A stretch of 64,000 bases of DNA, taken from positions 246 through 64,245 of the forward strand of contig JBAYNV010000002.1 in NCBI GenBank assembly GCA_041678685.1, written 5' to 3'. This document shows, piece by piece, positions 30,206 through 40,714 of the stretch. Below the pieces are notes generated by a model. The model did not search any database and had not been told where the DNA came from. It worked only from the letters and a program-made list of their open reading frames with translations. This stretch comes from Clostridia bacterium (GTDB taxonomy: Bacteria > Bacillota > Clostridia > DUPQ01). Both the position numbers and the translations under genes were made by a program. Numbering within the stretch: the first letter of the stretch is position 1; every line of letters starts with the position of its first letter.

Positions 30206-31140
30206 TGAAATGGATTAAAACAACAATTTATACTGATAAAAAAGACCTTGATATTCTTGAGGCTTTTTTTATTGATTTGGGCATAACAGGGTATTCTATT
30301 GAAGACAGCGATGATTTCAAGGAATTCCTGCAGGATAAATCGTTCAACTGGGATTATATCGACGAAGATCTTATGAAACTGAAAACCTGTAAAACAAGCG
30401 CGACAGCTTATCTAGCCGATAATAATGAAGGAAGGATGCAGCTTGACACGATAAAGGCAAAATACGGTGATGTGAGTATGGATATGATCGACGAGACCGA
30501 TTGGGCCAACAACTGGAAACAGTATTTCAAACCGATAGAAATAGGTAAAAGACTTGTGATCAAACCAACATGGGAAGCATATGATAATAAGGATAACAGG
30601 AAAGTGTTGGAAATAGATCCCGGAAGCAGTTTCGGAACAGGTACTCATGAGACGACCAGATTATGTCTGGCGGCAGTGGAAAAATACATCAAAGGACAGG
30701 AGTCGGTTATGGATGCCGGCTGCGGTTCAGGTATTTTGGGGATAGCCGCAATGCTTTTAGGTGCAAAAAGGCTCGTATCTTTTGACATTGAAGAAGCAAG
30801 CATCAGAGTCACCAAAGAAAACTGCGTTCTTAACGGAGCAGGCGATCTGCTTACCGCATATCATGGAAATATATTATCAGATGCAGATCTAAAAAAAAGG
30901 ATCATAGGTGAGGGGTCATACGATGTGATCCTGGCAAATATAGTTCCGGATGTTATAAAAGCGATGATGAGTTTTTTTAGAGACTCCATTTCAGACAAAG
31001 GGATCCTTGTCTGTTCCGGCATAATAACCGAAAGGGAGACGGAAACCAGAAGATCCATGGAAGATAACGGATTTGCCGTCATAGAGATACTCAGGATGAA
31101 CGGATGGCTGGCAATGATAGGTGAAAAACAAAATGCATAG
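30205..31140 (+). CDS. prmA: ribosomal protein L11 methyltransferase PrmA
   Basis: IKPTWEAY, IDPGSSFGTGTHETTRLCL, DAGCGSGILGIAA. Confidence 0.9.
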   Translation: MKWIKTTIYTDKKDLDILEAFFIDLGITGYSIEDSDDFKEFLQDKSFNWDYIDEDLMKLKTCKTSATAYLADNNEGRMQLDTIKAKYGDVSMDMIDETDWANNWKQYFKPIEIGKRLVIKPTWEAYDNKDNRKVLEIDPGSSFGTGTHETTRLCLAAVEKYIKGQESVMDAGCGSGILGIAAMLLGAKRLVSFDIEEASIRVTKENCVLNGAGDLLTAYHGNILSDADLKKRIIGEGSYDVILANIVPDVIKAMMSFFRDSISDKGILVCSGIITERETETRRSMEDNGFAVIEILRMNGWLAMIGEKQNA

Positions 31141-31873
31141 ATTCTTTGTCCTGGAAAAGTTCGATACAGGTATGTCAGTCAATATCACAGGTGATGATTA
31201 TAACCACCTTAAGAATGCTTTGCGTATCAAGGAAGGGGAAGAACTGGAAATATGCGACGGGTATGAAAACGTATATCTCGCGAAACTTTACGAGTATCAG
31301 AACACAAGCGCGAAAATCGAAATTTTGCTTAAGATCCCGGTGAATAACGAACCTGTCTGCAAGATCACGTTATATGCTGCACTGCTTAAAGGTGATAAAT
31401 TCGATACTGTTATACAAAAATGCATAGAATGCGGAGCGGATATGATCCAGCCTATGGTAACATGCAATACTGTCGTGGAAGTAACGGACAAAAAAGAGGC
31501 CAGGAAGGTCGAGCGTTGGAACAGGATATCTCATATGGCTTCCATGCAGAGCAAAAGAGGAAAAATCGTCCGTGTATGCGAACCCAAAACACTGGATGCA
31601 TGCACAAAGCAGTTTTCCCATGACTCAATAACGCTTGTATGTTATGAATACGAAGAGAGTTATTCAATTAAGGCAGCTCTTCATGAAGCAGTCACGCATA
31701 GCGTTAAAAATATAAATATAATGATCGGTCCTGAAGGTGGATTTACGGAAAAGGAAATAGGTTTATTAAAAGAAAGCGGAGCATATGCAGTTACCCTTGG
31801 TAAAAGGATACTCAGAGCAGAAACAGCATCTGTTGCCGCAGTCTTTTACTGCACTTGCGAATATGAGTTGTAA
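31121..31873 (+). CDS. rsmE: 16S rRNA (uracil1498-N3)-methyltransferase RsmE
   Basis: MHRFFV... N-terminus, C-terminal GPEGGFTEKE SPOUT motif. Start could equally be the ATG at 31133. Confidence 0.85.
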   Translation: MKNKMHRFFVLEKFDTGMSVNITGDDYNHLKNALRIKEGEELEICDGYENVYLAKLYEYQNTSAKIEILLKIPVNNEPVCKITLYAALLKGDKFDTVIQKCIECGADMIQPMVTCNTVVEVTDKKEARKVERWNRISHMASMQSKRGKIVRVCEPKTLDACTKQFSHDSITLVCYEYEESYSIKAALHEAVTHSVKNINIMIGPEGGFTEKEIGLLKESGAYAVTLGKRILRAETASVAAVFYCTCEYEL

Positions 31874-31949
31874 AGAGAAACAGGATCGTACTCGTTGGTC
31901 CTGTTAAAATATTAAAGAAAGCAATAAATTTATCTGGAGGTAAAAAACA

Positions 31950-33767
31950 ATGAATGAAAAAGGAAACATATCGATCAATACAGAGAACATATTACCGATA
32001 ATCAAAAAGTGGCTTTATTCGGATAAAGACATATTTTTAAGGGAAGTCGTATCCAATGCGGTAGATGCGATCACAAAGCATAAGAAAGTATCTGCAATGG
32101 GCGAAGACGAAGCTGCTCAAAAATACAGAGTAGATGTCAGAGTCAATAAAAAAGAAAACATCATCACAGTGAGCGATAACGGGATCGGAATGACATTCGA
32201 TGATGTGAAGCAGTATATAAACCAAATAGCATTTTCTGGCGCAATAGACTTTTTTGAAAAATACAAAGATAAGACGGATACAAAGGATCAGATTATAGGG
32301 CATTTCGGATTAGGCTTCTATTCGGTATTCATGGTTTCCGAGAATGTGGAGATCGAAACGAAATCATATATAAAAACTGAGGGAGCGGTACGCTGGCAGA
32401 GCGATGGCGTAAGCGGATTTGAGATGACAGAGGGTAAACGCGACAGCCACGGTACTGACATTATACTGCATATCAATGGTGACAAGGAAAACAAGGAACT
32501 GATGAATGTATGGAAGTTGAGGGAGATACTCGAAAAGTACTGTAAATTCCTGCCATATGAGATCTATCTTTCCGAAGAGGGAGCCAAAAAAGACGGAGAC
32601 GACAAGCCTATAAATGATACAAATCCTCTTTGGTTAAAGGATGCGAAAGACTGTACAGATGAAGAATATAAAAAGTTCTATATCGACGTGTTCCATGATT
32701 ATAGAGAACCTCTTTTCTGGATACATCTGAAAATGGATTACCCGATAAACCTTCATGGCATACTGTATTTTCCTAAGCTCACAAATGATTACAATACGAT
32801 GGAAGGAAAGATACAGCTGTATTGCAACCAGGTATATGTTGCCGACAATATCAAGGAAGTGATCCCCGAATATCTGTTGCTGCTAAAAGGCGTGATAGAC
32901 TGCCCGGATCTTCCGTTGAACGTATCAAGGAGTTTTCTGCAAAATGACGGGTATTCCGCCAAGATATCAGGACACATTTCCAAGAAGGTATCAGATAAGC
33001 TGAAACAGCTGTATAAATCCGATGCGGAACAATACTATAAATACTGGGACGATATTAATCTGTTCGTTAAATATGGCTGTCTGAAAGAAGATAAATTCTA
33101 TGACAAGGTCAAAGAAATCATAGTGTACAAAGATATATATGGAAAACATCATACATTTGATGAGTACCGGAAGCTTTCTGAAGATAAGGACAAGAGGTTC
33201 AAAGACAAGTTTTTCTATGTTTCTGATCAGAAGACACAGGCACAATATGTGAATCTGTTCAAGGAACATGAGTTGAATGCTGTTATACTTGACAATGTTT
33301 TAGATCCGCATTTTATATCATTTATAGAATCCAAGAATAACGGTTTCACATTTGAAAGCATCGACAGCGCAATAAAAGATGTATTGGGAACAGACGCCAA
33401 GGTAGAGGGTTTCGACAATGTGAAGAAGTATTTCGAAGACCTTCTGAAGGAAAATAAAGTCACAGTTGAATTAAAAGCAATGAGTACTTCGGATGTTCCC
33501 GGTGTCATAACCGCTAACGAATATGAAAACAGGATGAAGGGGATGCAGTCATTATATGGAAGCATGGATCTGCCAGTGTCCAATACTCTTGTTCTCAATA
33601 CTGAAAGTCCGTCAGTGAAAAAACTTGCCGCTATGGAAGATGGCGACAGAAAAAAAGATATCGCTATGTATATTTATCAGCTGGCTATGCTTACAGCCGG
33701 AAAACTTGAGAAGGACGGCATGTCGGATTTCATTAAAAGAATAAATGAAATGTTGAACAAGATCTAA
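31950..33767 (+). CDS. htpG: Hsp90-family chaperone HtpG
   Basis: GHKL N-domain IIKKWLYSDKDIFLREVVSNAVDA, DNGIGMT, GHFGLGFYS. Confidence 0.9.
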   Translation: MNEKGNISINTENILPIIKKWLYSDKDIFLREVVSNAVDAITKHKKVSAMGEDEAAQKYRVDVRVNKKENIITVSDNGIGMTFDDVKQYINQIAFSGAIDFFEKYKDKTDTKDQIIGHFGLGFYSVFMVSENVEIETKSYIKTEGAVRWQSDGVSGFEMTEGKRDSHGTDIILHINGDKENKELMNVWKLREILEKYCKFLPYEIYLSEEGAKKDGDDKPINDTNPLWLKDAKDCTDEEYKKFYIDVFHDYREPLFWIHLKMDYPINLHGILYFPKLTNDYNTMEGKIQLYCNQVYVADNIKEVIPEYLLLLKGVIDCPDLPLNVSRSFLQNDGYSAKISGHISKKVSDKLKQLYKSDAEQYYKYWDDINLFVKYGCLKEDKFYDKVKEIIVYKDIYGKHHTFDEYRKLSEDKDKRFKDKFFYVSDQKTQAQYVNLFKEHELNAVILDNVLDPHFISFIESKNNGFTFESIDSAIKDVLGTDAKVEGFDNVKKYFEDLLKENKVTVELKAMSTSDVPGVITANEYENRMKGMQSLYGSMDLPVSNTLVLNTESPSVKKLAAMEDGDRKKDIAMYIYQLAMLTAGKLEKDGMSDFIKRINEMLNKI

Positions 33768-33838
33768 GCACTGTACCGACAAACAGTGTAAAATGGTGAT
33801 ATGAAGTATTATTACAGAATAAAGGGGAGCAGAAAGCT

Positions 33839-36800
33839 TTGAAAAATGTAATAAGGATATTTGTAGAGAGAAGACTGGGATTCGATCTTGAGGCGGAGAG
33901 ACTTAAAAACCAGTTCTTAACACTCCTGGAAATTAAAAACATAGACAGTGTAAGGTTATTCAACAGATATGACATACAGGGACTGTCTGATAAGGTGTAC
34001 AGGGACGCCAAATATGGTATCTTCGCGGAAATACAGACTGATACCGTATACGAGGAGCATCTGCCTGAAATGCCTGATACTGAGGTTTTTGCCTACGAAT
34101 TTTTACCGGGCCAGTATGACCAGAGAGCAGATTCCTGTGAGCAGTGCATACAGCTCATATCACAGACCAGGCCGATAGTCAGGACGGCAAAGGTCATAGC
34201 TGTCAGCGGATCTGTCACTGAGAATGACATCGACAAAATAAAGGCATATATGGTGAATCCCGTTGAATGCAGACTTGCATGTGATGAAAAACCAGAGGAT
34301 CTGACAGCGGTTTTCGATACACCCCAAACAGTGGAAACGATCAAAGGTTTCATAGGACTTGATAAAAAAGAGATCGGAAAAATGAGGAGGTCTTTAGGGC
34401 TCGCGATGAGTCTTTTGGATCTCCTGTTTGTACGTGACTACTTCATCGGACAGCATCGTGATCCTACTATAACCGAGATAAGGCTTATAGATACTTACTG
34501 GTCTGATCATTGCAGGCATACGACATTCAATACAAAACTGGAAAATGTCATCATAGAAGATGACAAATTCAATGTCACATGTAAAAAAGCATGGGACAGG
34601 TATTTAAATACAAGAAAAGAACTGAATTCGGAAAAAACAATATGTCTTATGGATATCGCAACCATTGGCGCTAAGTATCTGAAGAAGAACGGATATCTCG
34701 ATGATATGGAAATCACTGAAGAAAACAACGCCTGTTCGATAATCGTAAATATAGATACGGATAAAGGACCTGAAGAGTGGCTCATAATGTTTAAAAACGA
34801 GACACACAACCATCCGACAGAGATAGAACCGTTTGGTGGTGCGGCAACATGTATTGGAGGTGCTATCAGGGATCCTCTTTCGGGAAGGGCATATGTATAT
34901 CAGGCAATGAGAGTGACCGGAGCAGGCGATCCCTTAGCAGAGCTGAAAGATACCTTACCGGGAAAACTTCCGCAGATCAAGATCGTCAGGGAAGCTGCCA
35001 ACGGATACAGTTCATATGGAAATCAGATAGGGCTTGCCACAGGGCAGGTGGATGAAATATATCATAACGGATATACCGCGAAGAGAATGGAGATCGGAGC
35101 GGTCATCGCAGCTGTCCCAAAAAAGAATATTGTCCGCAAGGATGCAGAAGCAGGCGATGTTGTAATACTTATAGGAGGAAGGACCGGAAGAGACGGTTTG
35201 GGCGGAGCTACCGGATCATCTAAAGAACACACTGATGAATCGCTGTCAAAGTGCGGAGCTGAAGTGCAGAAAGGCAATCCGCCAACTGAAAGAAAGATAC
35301 AGCGTCTGTTCAGAAATCCAAAAATGAGTCTGCTCATCAAGAAATGCAATGATTTCGGTGCCGGCGGTATAGCAGTTGCAATAGGCGAACTTGCCGGAGG
35401 ACTGGATATCGATCTTGACAGTGTTCCAAAAAAGTATGAAGGGCTTGACGGAACCGAACTTGCCATTTCCGAATCGCAGGAAAGAATGGCTGTCGTAGTC
35501 GACAGAAAAGATATGGATACGGTCATGTCGTTATCCCGCGAGGAAAATCTTGAAGCTACTTTTGTTGCAGTTGTTACAGATACAGACAGGCTTAGGATGA
35601 AGTGGAAAGGTTCGTATATAGTTGATATTAAAAGAAGTTTCCTTGATACAAACGGAGTCACACAGATAACGAATGCCCGAATAATCGCTAAAGACTCGGA
35701 AAATGATCCATTTACTGCAAAACCTGTAAATACAAGTACCAGAAACAGATTAGAAAATACTTTAAGCGATCTTAATGTCTGCTCGAAAAAAGGATTGATC
35801 GAGAAATTTGACAGCACGATAGGATCCAACACTGTACTGATGCCTTTAGGGGGAAAATATCAGATGACTCCTCAGGAATGCATGGCGGCAAAGATACCTG
35901 TCCTGGGAAAAAAGACTGATATATGCACATTGATGTCATACGCATTCTTTCCGAAGATCTCCGAATGGTCTCCTTTTATCGGAGCATGTTATGCAGTACT
36001 TGGATCTGTTGCTAAAATCGTATGTGCAGGCGGGGATCATAATAAAATAAGACTTTCATTACAGGAATATTTCGAGAGTCTCAGATCAGATGAATCACGA
36101 TGGGGGAAACCGCTTGAAGCGTTGCTTGGTGCGTTTTATGCACAGACAGAGCTTTGTATCCCCGCAATAGGCGGAAAAGATTCCATGTCTGGTACATTTA
36201 TGGATCTTGATGTACCTCCTACGCTTGTATCTTTTGCAGTATCATATATGGATTCCAAGAATGTGATATCTTCAGAATTCAAGAAAAACAACAGTTATAT
36301 TATGCGATTCGCTCAAAAGAGGAATGCGGATGAAACTCCCGATTTTATATATGCAAGGAAGCTTTTTACAGTCATAAACAGATTGATTTGCGAACATAAG
36401 ATCATTTCTGCAATGACTGTGAAATCTGCCGGGGCATGTGAAGCATTACTTAAGATGTGTTTTGGTAATATGATAGGATTTCAGTCATCATCGGAAACAG
36501 AACTGCTTTTCACGCCGGGATACTGTGATATATTAATTGAAATAGACAGTGACAGAGTGAAAAACATCAGTGAATTGCTTTCATCTCTAAAAGAACTCGA
36601 TGTTGTAGTAATAGGGAAAACAGTCGAAGAAAAAGTCTTCAAAACAAAGGAAGAGAGCATATCGTTATACGAACTGCTTGGGTCGTATACATCGGCATAT
36701 GAAAGAGTATTCACCACAACTGCCAAAACAGTTGATCCTGCGATCACGAACGGTCTTTATATATCCAAGGAAATAAAACATTCAACTGTACACACTGCAA

Positions 36801-37597
36801 GACCCAGAGTATTCATCCCTGTTTTCCCCGGGACCAACTGCGAGTATGATATGGCAAGGGCTTTTCTTGATCAGGGAGCACAATGCAATATACAGGTACT
36901 TCGTAATCTGACTTCGGATGATATCGAACAGTCTGCAAAAGAATTCGTGAAGGCGATCGAAGAAGCGAATATAATAGCTCTTCCCGGCGGTTTTTCAGCC
37001 GGTGACGAACCGGACGGTTCAGGCAAGTTCATAGCGACCGTATTCAGAAATGAATATATCAAAGATGCTGTTCATGATCTTTTATATAACAGAGACGGGT
37101 TGATCGTTGGCATCTGTAATGGATTTCAGGCGCTTGTCAAGCTTGGCCTGGTTCCTAACGGTAAGATATGCGATCTGTCTTTAAACAGCCCCACACTCAC
37201 CTATAACAGCATTGGACGCCATGTATCATGCATGGTAATGACCAAAATAATATCAAATATATCCCCGTGGTTTTCCTGCAGTGAAACTGGCGGCGTGTAT
37301 ACCATACCTTTGAGCCACGGGGAAGGCAGATTCATATGCTCAGAGGAAATGTATAAAACGTTATCAGCCAATGGACAGATCGCTACTCAGTACGTAGATG
37401 AAAACGGTGATGCAAGTTATGATATCAGGTTCAACCCTAACGGTTCATATTATGCTATAGAAGGTATAACAAGTGCGGACGGAAGGATATTGGGCAAGAT
37501 GGGGCATTCCGAAAGATTCGGGAATAATGTCGCTAAAAATATCCCCGGGATAAAGGACCAGAAGCTGTTTGAATCAGGTGTCAGATATTTCAGATAA
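33839..37597 (+). CDS. purL: phosphoribosylformylglycinamidine synthase, single-chain large type (PurL with fused glutaminase domain)
   Basis: TTG start with RBS AAAGGGGAG; 1252 aa; AIR-synthase-like repeats (HNHP, GGAATCIGG); C-terminal class-I GATase VFIPVFPGTNCEYD...GICNGFQ. Confidence 0.95.
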   Translation: MKNVIRIFVERRLGFDLEAERLKNQFLTLLEIKNIDSVRLFNRYDIQGLSDKVYRDAKYGIFAEIQTDTVYEEHLPEMPDTEVFAYEFLPGQYDQRADSCEQCIQLISQTRPIVRTAKVIAVSGSVTENDIDKIKAYMVNPVECRLACDEKPEDLTAVFDTPQTVETIKGFIGLDKKEIGKMRRSLGLAMSLLDLLFVRDYFIGQHRDPTITEIRLIDTYWSDHCRHTTFNTKLENVIIEDDKFNVTCKKAWDRYLNTRKELNSEKTICLMDIATIGAKYLKKNGYLDDMEITEENNACSIIVNIDTDKGPEEWLIMFKNETHNHPTEIEPFGGAATCIGGAIRDPLSGRAYVYQAMRVTGAGDPLAELKDTLPGKLPQIKIVREAANGYSSYGNQIGLATGQVDEIYHNGYTAKRMEIGAVIAAVPKKNIVRKDAEAGDVVILIGGRTGRDGLGGATGSSKEHTDESLSKCGAEVQKGNPPTERKIQRLFRNPKMSLLIKKCNDFGAGGIAVAIGELAGGLDIDLDSVPKKYEGLDGTELAISESQERMAVVVDRKDMDTVMSLSREENLEATFVAVVTDTDRLRMKWKGSYIVDIKRSFLDTNGVTQITNARIIAKDSENDPFTAKPVNTSTRNRLENTLSDLNVCSKKGLIEKFDSTIGSNTVLMPLGGKYQMTPQECMAAKIPVLGKKTDICTLMSYAFFPKISEWSPFIGACYAVLGSVAKIVCAGGDHNKIRLSLQEYFESLRSDESRWGKPLEALLGAFYAQTELCIPAIGGKDSMSGTFMDLDVPPTLVSFAVSYMDSKNVISSEFKKNNSYIMRFAQKRNADETPDFIYARKLFTVINRLICEHKIISAMTVKSAGACEALLKMCFGNMIGFQSSSETELLFTPGYCDILIEIDSDRVKNISELLSSLKELDVVVIGKTVEEKVFKTKEESISLYELLGSYTSAYERVFTTTAKTVDPAITNGLYISKEIKHSTVHTARPRVFIPVFPGTNCEYDMARAFLDQGAQCNIQVLRNLTSDDIEQSAKEFVKAIEEANIIALPGGFSAGDEPDGSGKFIATVFRNEYIKDAVHDLLYNRDGLIVGICNGFQALVKLGLVPNGKICDLSLNSPTLTYNSIGRHVSCMVMTKIISNISPWFSCSETGGVYTIPLSHGEGRFICSEEMYKTLSANGQIATQYVDENGDASYDIRFNPNGSYYAIEGITSADGRILGKMGHSERFGNNVAKNIPGIKDQKLFESGVRYFR

Positions 37598-37632
37598 GGT
37601 ATTCGTGTTATAATGCATACGGAGGTACCGCA

Positions 37633-38670
37633 ATGATTTCGAAAACAGTCATAAAAAAGGTATTGGAATTTGATGATCCCGGTAGAATAGGCTTTGACTT
37701 CTATAACGATTCTTTTCGGGATATGAAATTCGTAGAATGTGAAGTGATCAAAAAAGAAGAGTATTCATGGCAGGAACCTTCATTTTTCAAAGAAAGATTC
37801 CCGCAGTATCATGATTTCGATGGATTCATGCATTTAGATGAATACGGGAATCTCTGGGGAAAAATGAGACATGACAAGACGGGTGGAGGAGAGGTTCTCA
37901 AAGGTGTTCTTGCTTCGTGGGATGAACTTGCCTCATATAGATTACCGGATATAGATGATGAAGCCAGGTTTAAGGATGCTCCGTTGAGCGTTGTTCCATA
38001 TAAAAACAGATTCATACTAGGATCGCTTCCGGGAAATACATTTTCGCTCATGAGGAAAATGAGAAAAATGGAATTATTCCTTGAAGATCTGATACTTGAA
38101 ACGGATAATGTATTGAAACTTCAGGATATGGTCCTGGAAAAACTATTGAATATCGTTGAGATATACGGACACATGAAATGTGTTGACGGTATATTCTTCT
38201 GTGAAGACTGGGGCACTCAGGACAGGCTTTTGATTTCACCAAAGATGTGGCGTGAAATATTTAAACCTGCATTTATAAAATTGTGTGATACCGCGCATAA
38301 ATATGGCATGAAAGTTTTTATGCATTCGTGCGGGTATATATATGAAATACTTGATGACCTTATGGAAGTAGGTATAGATGCATTACAGCTTGATCAGCCT
38401 ACTCTAATGGGAATAGAAAAGCTTGCAGACAAAATAGCAGGTAAAGTGACGCTCCATTCACCTGTGGACATACAGAGGATATTGCCTACAGGCAACAAAG
38501 AACTGATCGAGAAGAGCGCTTGCGATATGGTCCGTCTTTTTCATAGGAACGGCGGTCTGATAGTCAAGGACTATGGCGATTACACTACGCTTCACGTACA
38601 ATACGAATGGGCTGAATGGATGAGACAGAAATTCTTTGACATAGGCGGGGATCCCAGGATCAAAAAGTGA
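37633..38670 (+). CDS. uroporphyrinogen-decarboxylase (URO-D)-like family protein (MtaA/CmuA-type fold)
   Basis: C-terminal MHSCGYIYEILDDLMEVGIDALQLDQP pattern typical of the URO-D-like family; weak assignment. Confidence 0.5.
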   Translation: MISKTVIKKVLEFDDPGRIGFDFYNDSFRDMKFVECEVIKKEEYSWQEPSFFKERFPQYHDFDGFMHLDEYGNLWGKMRHDKTGGGEVLKGVLASWDELASYRLPDIDDEARFKDAPLSVVPYKNRFILGSLPGNTFSLMRKMRKMELFLEDLILETDNVLKLQDMVLEKLLNIVEIYGHMKCVDGIFFCEDWGTQDRLLISPKMWREIFKPAFIKLCDTAHKYGMKVFMHSCGYIYEILDDLMEVGIDALQLDQPTLMGIEKLADKIAGKVTLHSPVDIQRILPTGNKELIEKSACDMVRLFHRNGGLIVKDYGDYTTLHVQYEWAEWMRQKFFDIGGDPRIKK

Positions 38671-38730
38671 TGGAAGTCGAAAACAGTTTGTGGTAATATG
38701 TAAAAGATCGAAGTTGTAATGGAGATTTGA

Positions 38731-40056
38731 TTGAAGCAAAATATAGATATTGTGGACGAAAATTTAGCAGAAGCATCCAAAGAGAATGATGCAGTTGAAA
38801 TGGAAGAGGTTATAACAGAAAAAAAGCCTAACCGTTTTTTTGTGTTTCTTGATAAAATATGGAAACCCCGTTCACCAAGAAAACGGAGTGTTAAAAAAAT
38901 AGTCATATATAAGCCCAAGTCACAATTCAGGAAATTCGTTACTCTGATTTCATGGATTCTATTCCTGTTCACATTAGGTTTTGTGTTTTATAAAGGTTAC
39001 AATTTCACAAATACGCTCGTGACTGAGATAAGCAGATTTGATGCTAAGGCTGCCATAGGCACGATAGATGAGGAAAACGAAAAAAACATATATATACCTT
39101 CGAATTCCACAACAAAGCAGATAGCAAAAGTACTGATGGATGAGGGCATCATCGTTAATGATACATATTTTTGGATATACTCTATGTTTATGGGGAATGA
39201 AGGAAATTATAAATCCGGAAATCACGTCATCGATGCATCAGTGACATATGATGATGGCGAGATCGACCTTATAACCGCAGAGGGTTATGAAATGCTTATA
39301 TATATACTTTCACAGAACGGTGTGCCTAATCCTACAGTGAAACTATTCTTTACCGAAGGTCTTACAATTGGGCAGACTGTCAAGATATTCACTGATAAAG
39401 GTATAGCTGATGAAGATGAATTCCTCAATGTCTGCAATACATATGATTTTGATTATGACTTTATAGATCTTATACCAAAAGATACAAGAAGGACGAACAG
39501 GCTTGACGGTTATCTCTTCCCAGATACATATATATTTGATACAACAGTGGATGAGAGCATTAATATAGAAAAGATGCTGGATAACTTTGACAGTAAATTC
39601 AATGAAACATACAGAGCAAAAGCAGCTGAACTTGGGTACACGATAGACGAAATACTGATCATCGCTTCATTACTGGAAAAAGAAGCAGCGACTATGGATG
39701 AAAGAGCCATGATCGCAGGGGTCATATACAACAGGTTGAAATCCAAAGATGAAAGCCTTCAGTATCTGCAGATCGATGCAACGATCCAATATATATATAT
39801 CAATGAAACCGGCGCGGTAAAAGAAAAGCTTACAAATGAAGACCATAAGATACTGAACAGTTATAATACATATATGTATGCGGGGCTTACTCCCGGTCCG
39901 ATATGCAATCCGTCATTATCCAGTATCGCTGCAGCGCTTTATCCCGAAGTACACAACTATTATTATTATGTAGCAAAGAATGATGGCACTGACGCTCATG
40001 CATATGCTACGACGCTTGCTCAACATAATTACAACGTTTCGATATACTCGAAATAA
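38731..40056 (+). CDS. mltG: endolytic murein transglycosylase MltG (YceG family)
   Basis: TTG start with RBS; N-terminal TM; YceG motifs ASLLEKEAAT, AGVIYNRL, LQIDATIQY. Confidence 0.8.
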   Translation: MKQNIDIVDENLAEASKENDAVEMEEVITEKKPNRFFVFLDKIWKPRSPRKRSVKKIVIYKPKSQFRKFVTLISWILFLFTLGFVFYKGYNFTNTLVTEISRFDAKAAIGTIDEENEKNIYIPSNSTTKQIAKVLMDEGIIVNDTYFWIYSMFMGNEGNYKSGNHVIDASVTYDDGEIDLITAEGYEMLIYILSQNGVPNPTVKLFFTEGLTIGQTVKIFTDKGIADEDEFLNVCNTYDFDYDFIDLIPKDTRRTNRLDGYLFPDTYIFDTTVDESINIEKMLDNFDSKFNETYRAKAAELGYTIDEILIIASLLEKEAATMDERAMIAGVIYNRLKSKDESLQYLQIDATIQYIYINETGAVKEKLTNEDHKILNSYNTYMYAGLTPGPICNPSLSSIAAALYPEVHNYYYYVAKNDGTDAHAYATTLAQHNYNVSIYSK

Positions 40057-40060
40057 AACA

Positions 40061-40714
40061 ATGGTCAAAAGATTCAATATAGTCAACGCTTCCGTAGAAA
40101 AATACATCGAGGATACTCTTCATCCTTTGGAAGGGCAGTTGAAGGTACTTTACGATGAAGCTGTTTTAAAGTGCATACCTGTCGCAAAAATAGAGACTTT
40201 AAGAATGCTCGGAACCGTGATGTCCATAAAGAAACCAGGGAAAATATTAGAACTTGGATGTGCCATTGGTCTTTCCAGTATGTTCTTTGCAGGATATCTT
40301 AATGAAGGCGGCAGTATTGACACTGTAGAATGCGATCTTGACATGGCCGGGACAGCAAAAAGTAATATTATAAAATATGGGTACTCTGATAAGATCAACG
40401 TTGTATATGCCGAAGCATACGACTATCTGTCTAATGTAAATAAGAAATATGATATAATATTCATCGATGCAGCTAAGGGACAGTATGAAAGATATTTCGA
40501 TCTCTGTTCAGAAATGCTCGATCGCGGCGGTATCATGATCGCAGATAATGTTCTGTACAGAGGCATGGTAGCAAAAGGTGATAAAGTGCCTCACCGGCAA
40601 AAAACTCTTGTGGAGAGGCTGAGAAGCTTTCTGGACAGGATAACGAAAGATGAAAGGTTTGACACCGCGATCCTGTCGATCGGAGACGGATTATCGGTAT
40701 CGGTAAGGAAATAA
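40061..40714 (+). CDS. trmR: class I SAM-dependent O-methyltransferase (YrrM/TrmR-like)
   Basis: ILELGCAIGLSSMFFA SAM motif and DIIFIDAAK; directly downstream of mltG as yrrM is in Bacillus. Internal ATG at 40061 chosen over the overlapping 39980 start. Confidence 0.7.
   Translation: MVKRFNIVNASVEKYIEDTLHPLEGQLKVLYDEAVLKCIPVAKIETLRMLGTVMSIKKPGKILELGCAIGLSSMFFAGYLNEGGSIDTVECDLDMAGTAKSNIIKYGYSDKINVVYAEAYDYLSNVNKKYDIIFIDAAKGQYERYFDLCSEMLDRGGIMIADNVLYRGMVAKGDKVPHRQKTLVERLRSFLDRITKDERFDTAILSIGDGLSVSVRK

Noticed and set aside
33768-33838. Purine riboswitch upstream of purL
   Set aside because: The 70-nt gap contains only a short hairpin (CACTGT-N8-ACAGTG) after htpG and an RBS, with no room for an aptamer.
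35062-35832. 256-aa antisense ORF inside purL
   Set aside because: It lies wholly within the well-conserved FGAM synthase coding region and is Ser/Pro/Leu-rich with no recognisable domain, so it is an antisense artefact.
39980-40060. Long N-terminal extension of the O-methyltransferase overlapping mltG
   Set aside because: The ATG at 40061 gives a typical class-I MTase N-terminus and avoids a 77-nt overlap with mltG.
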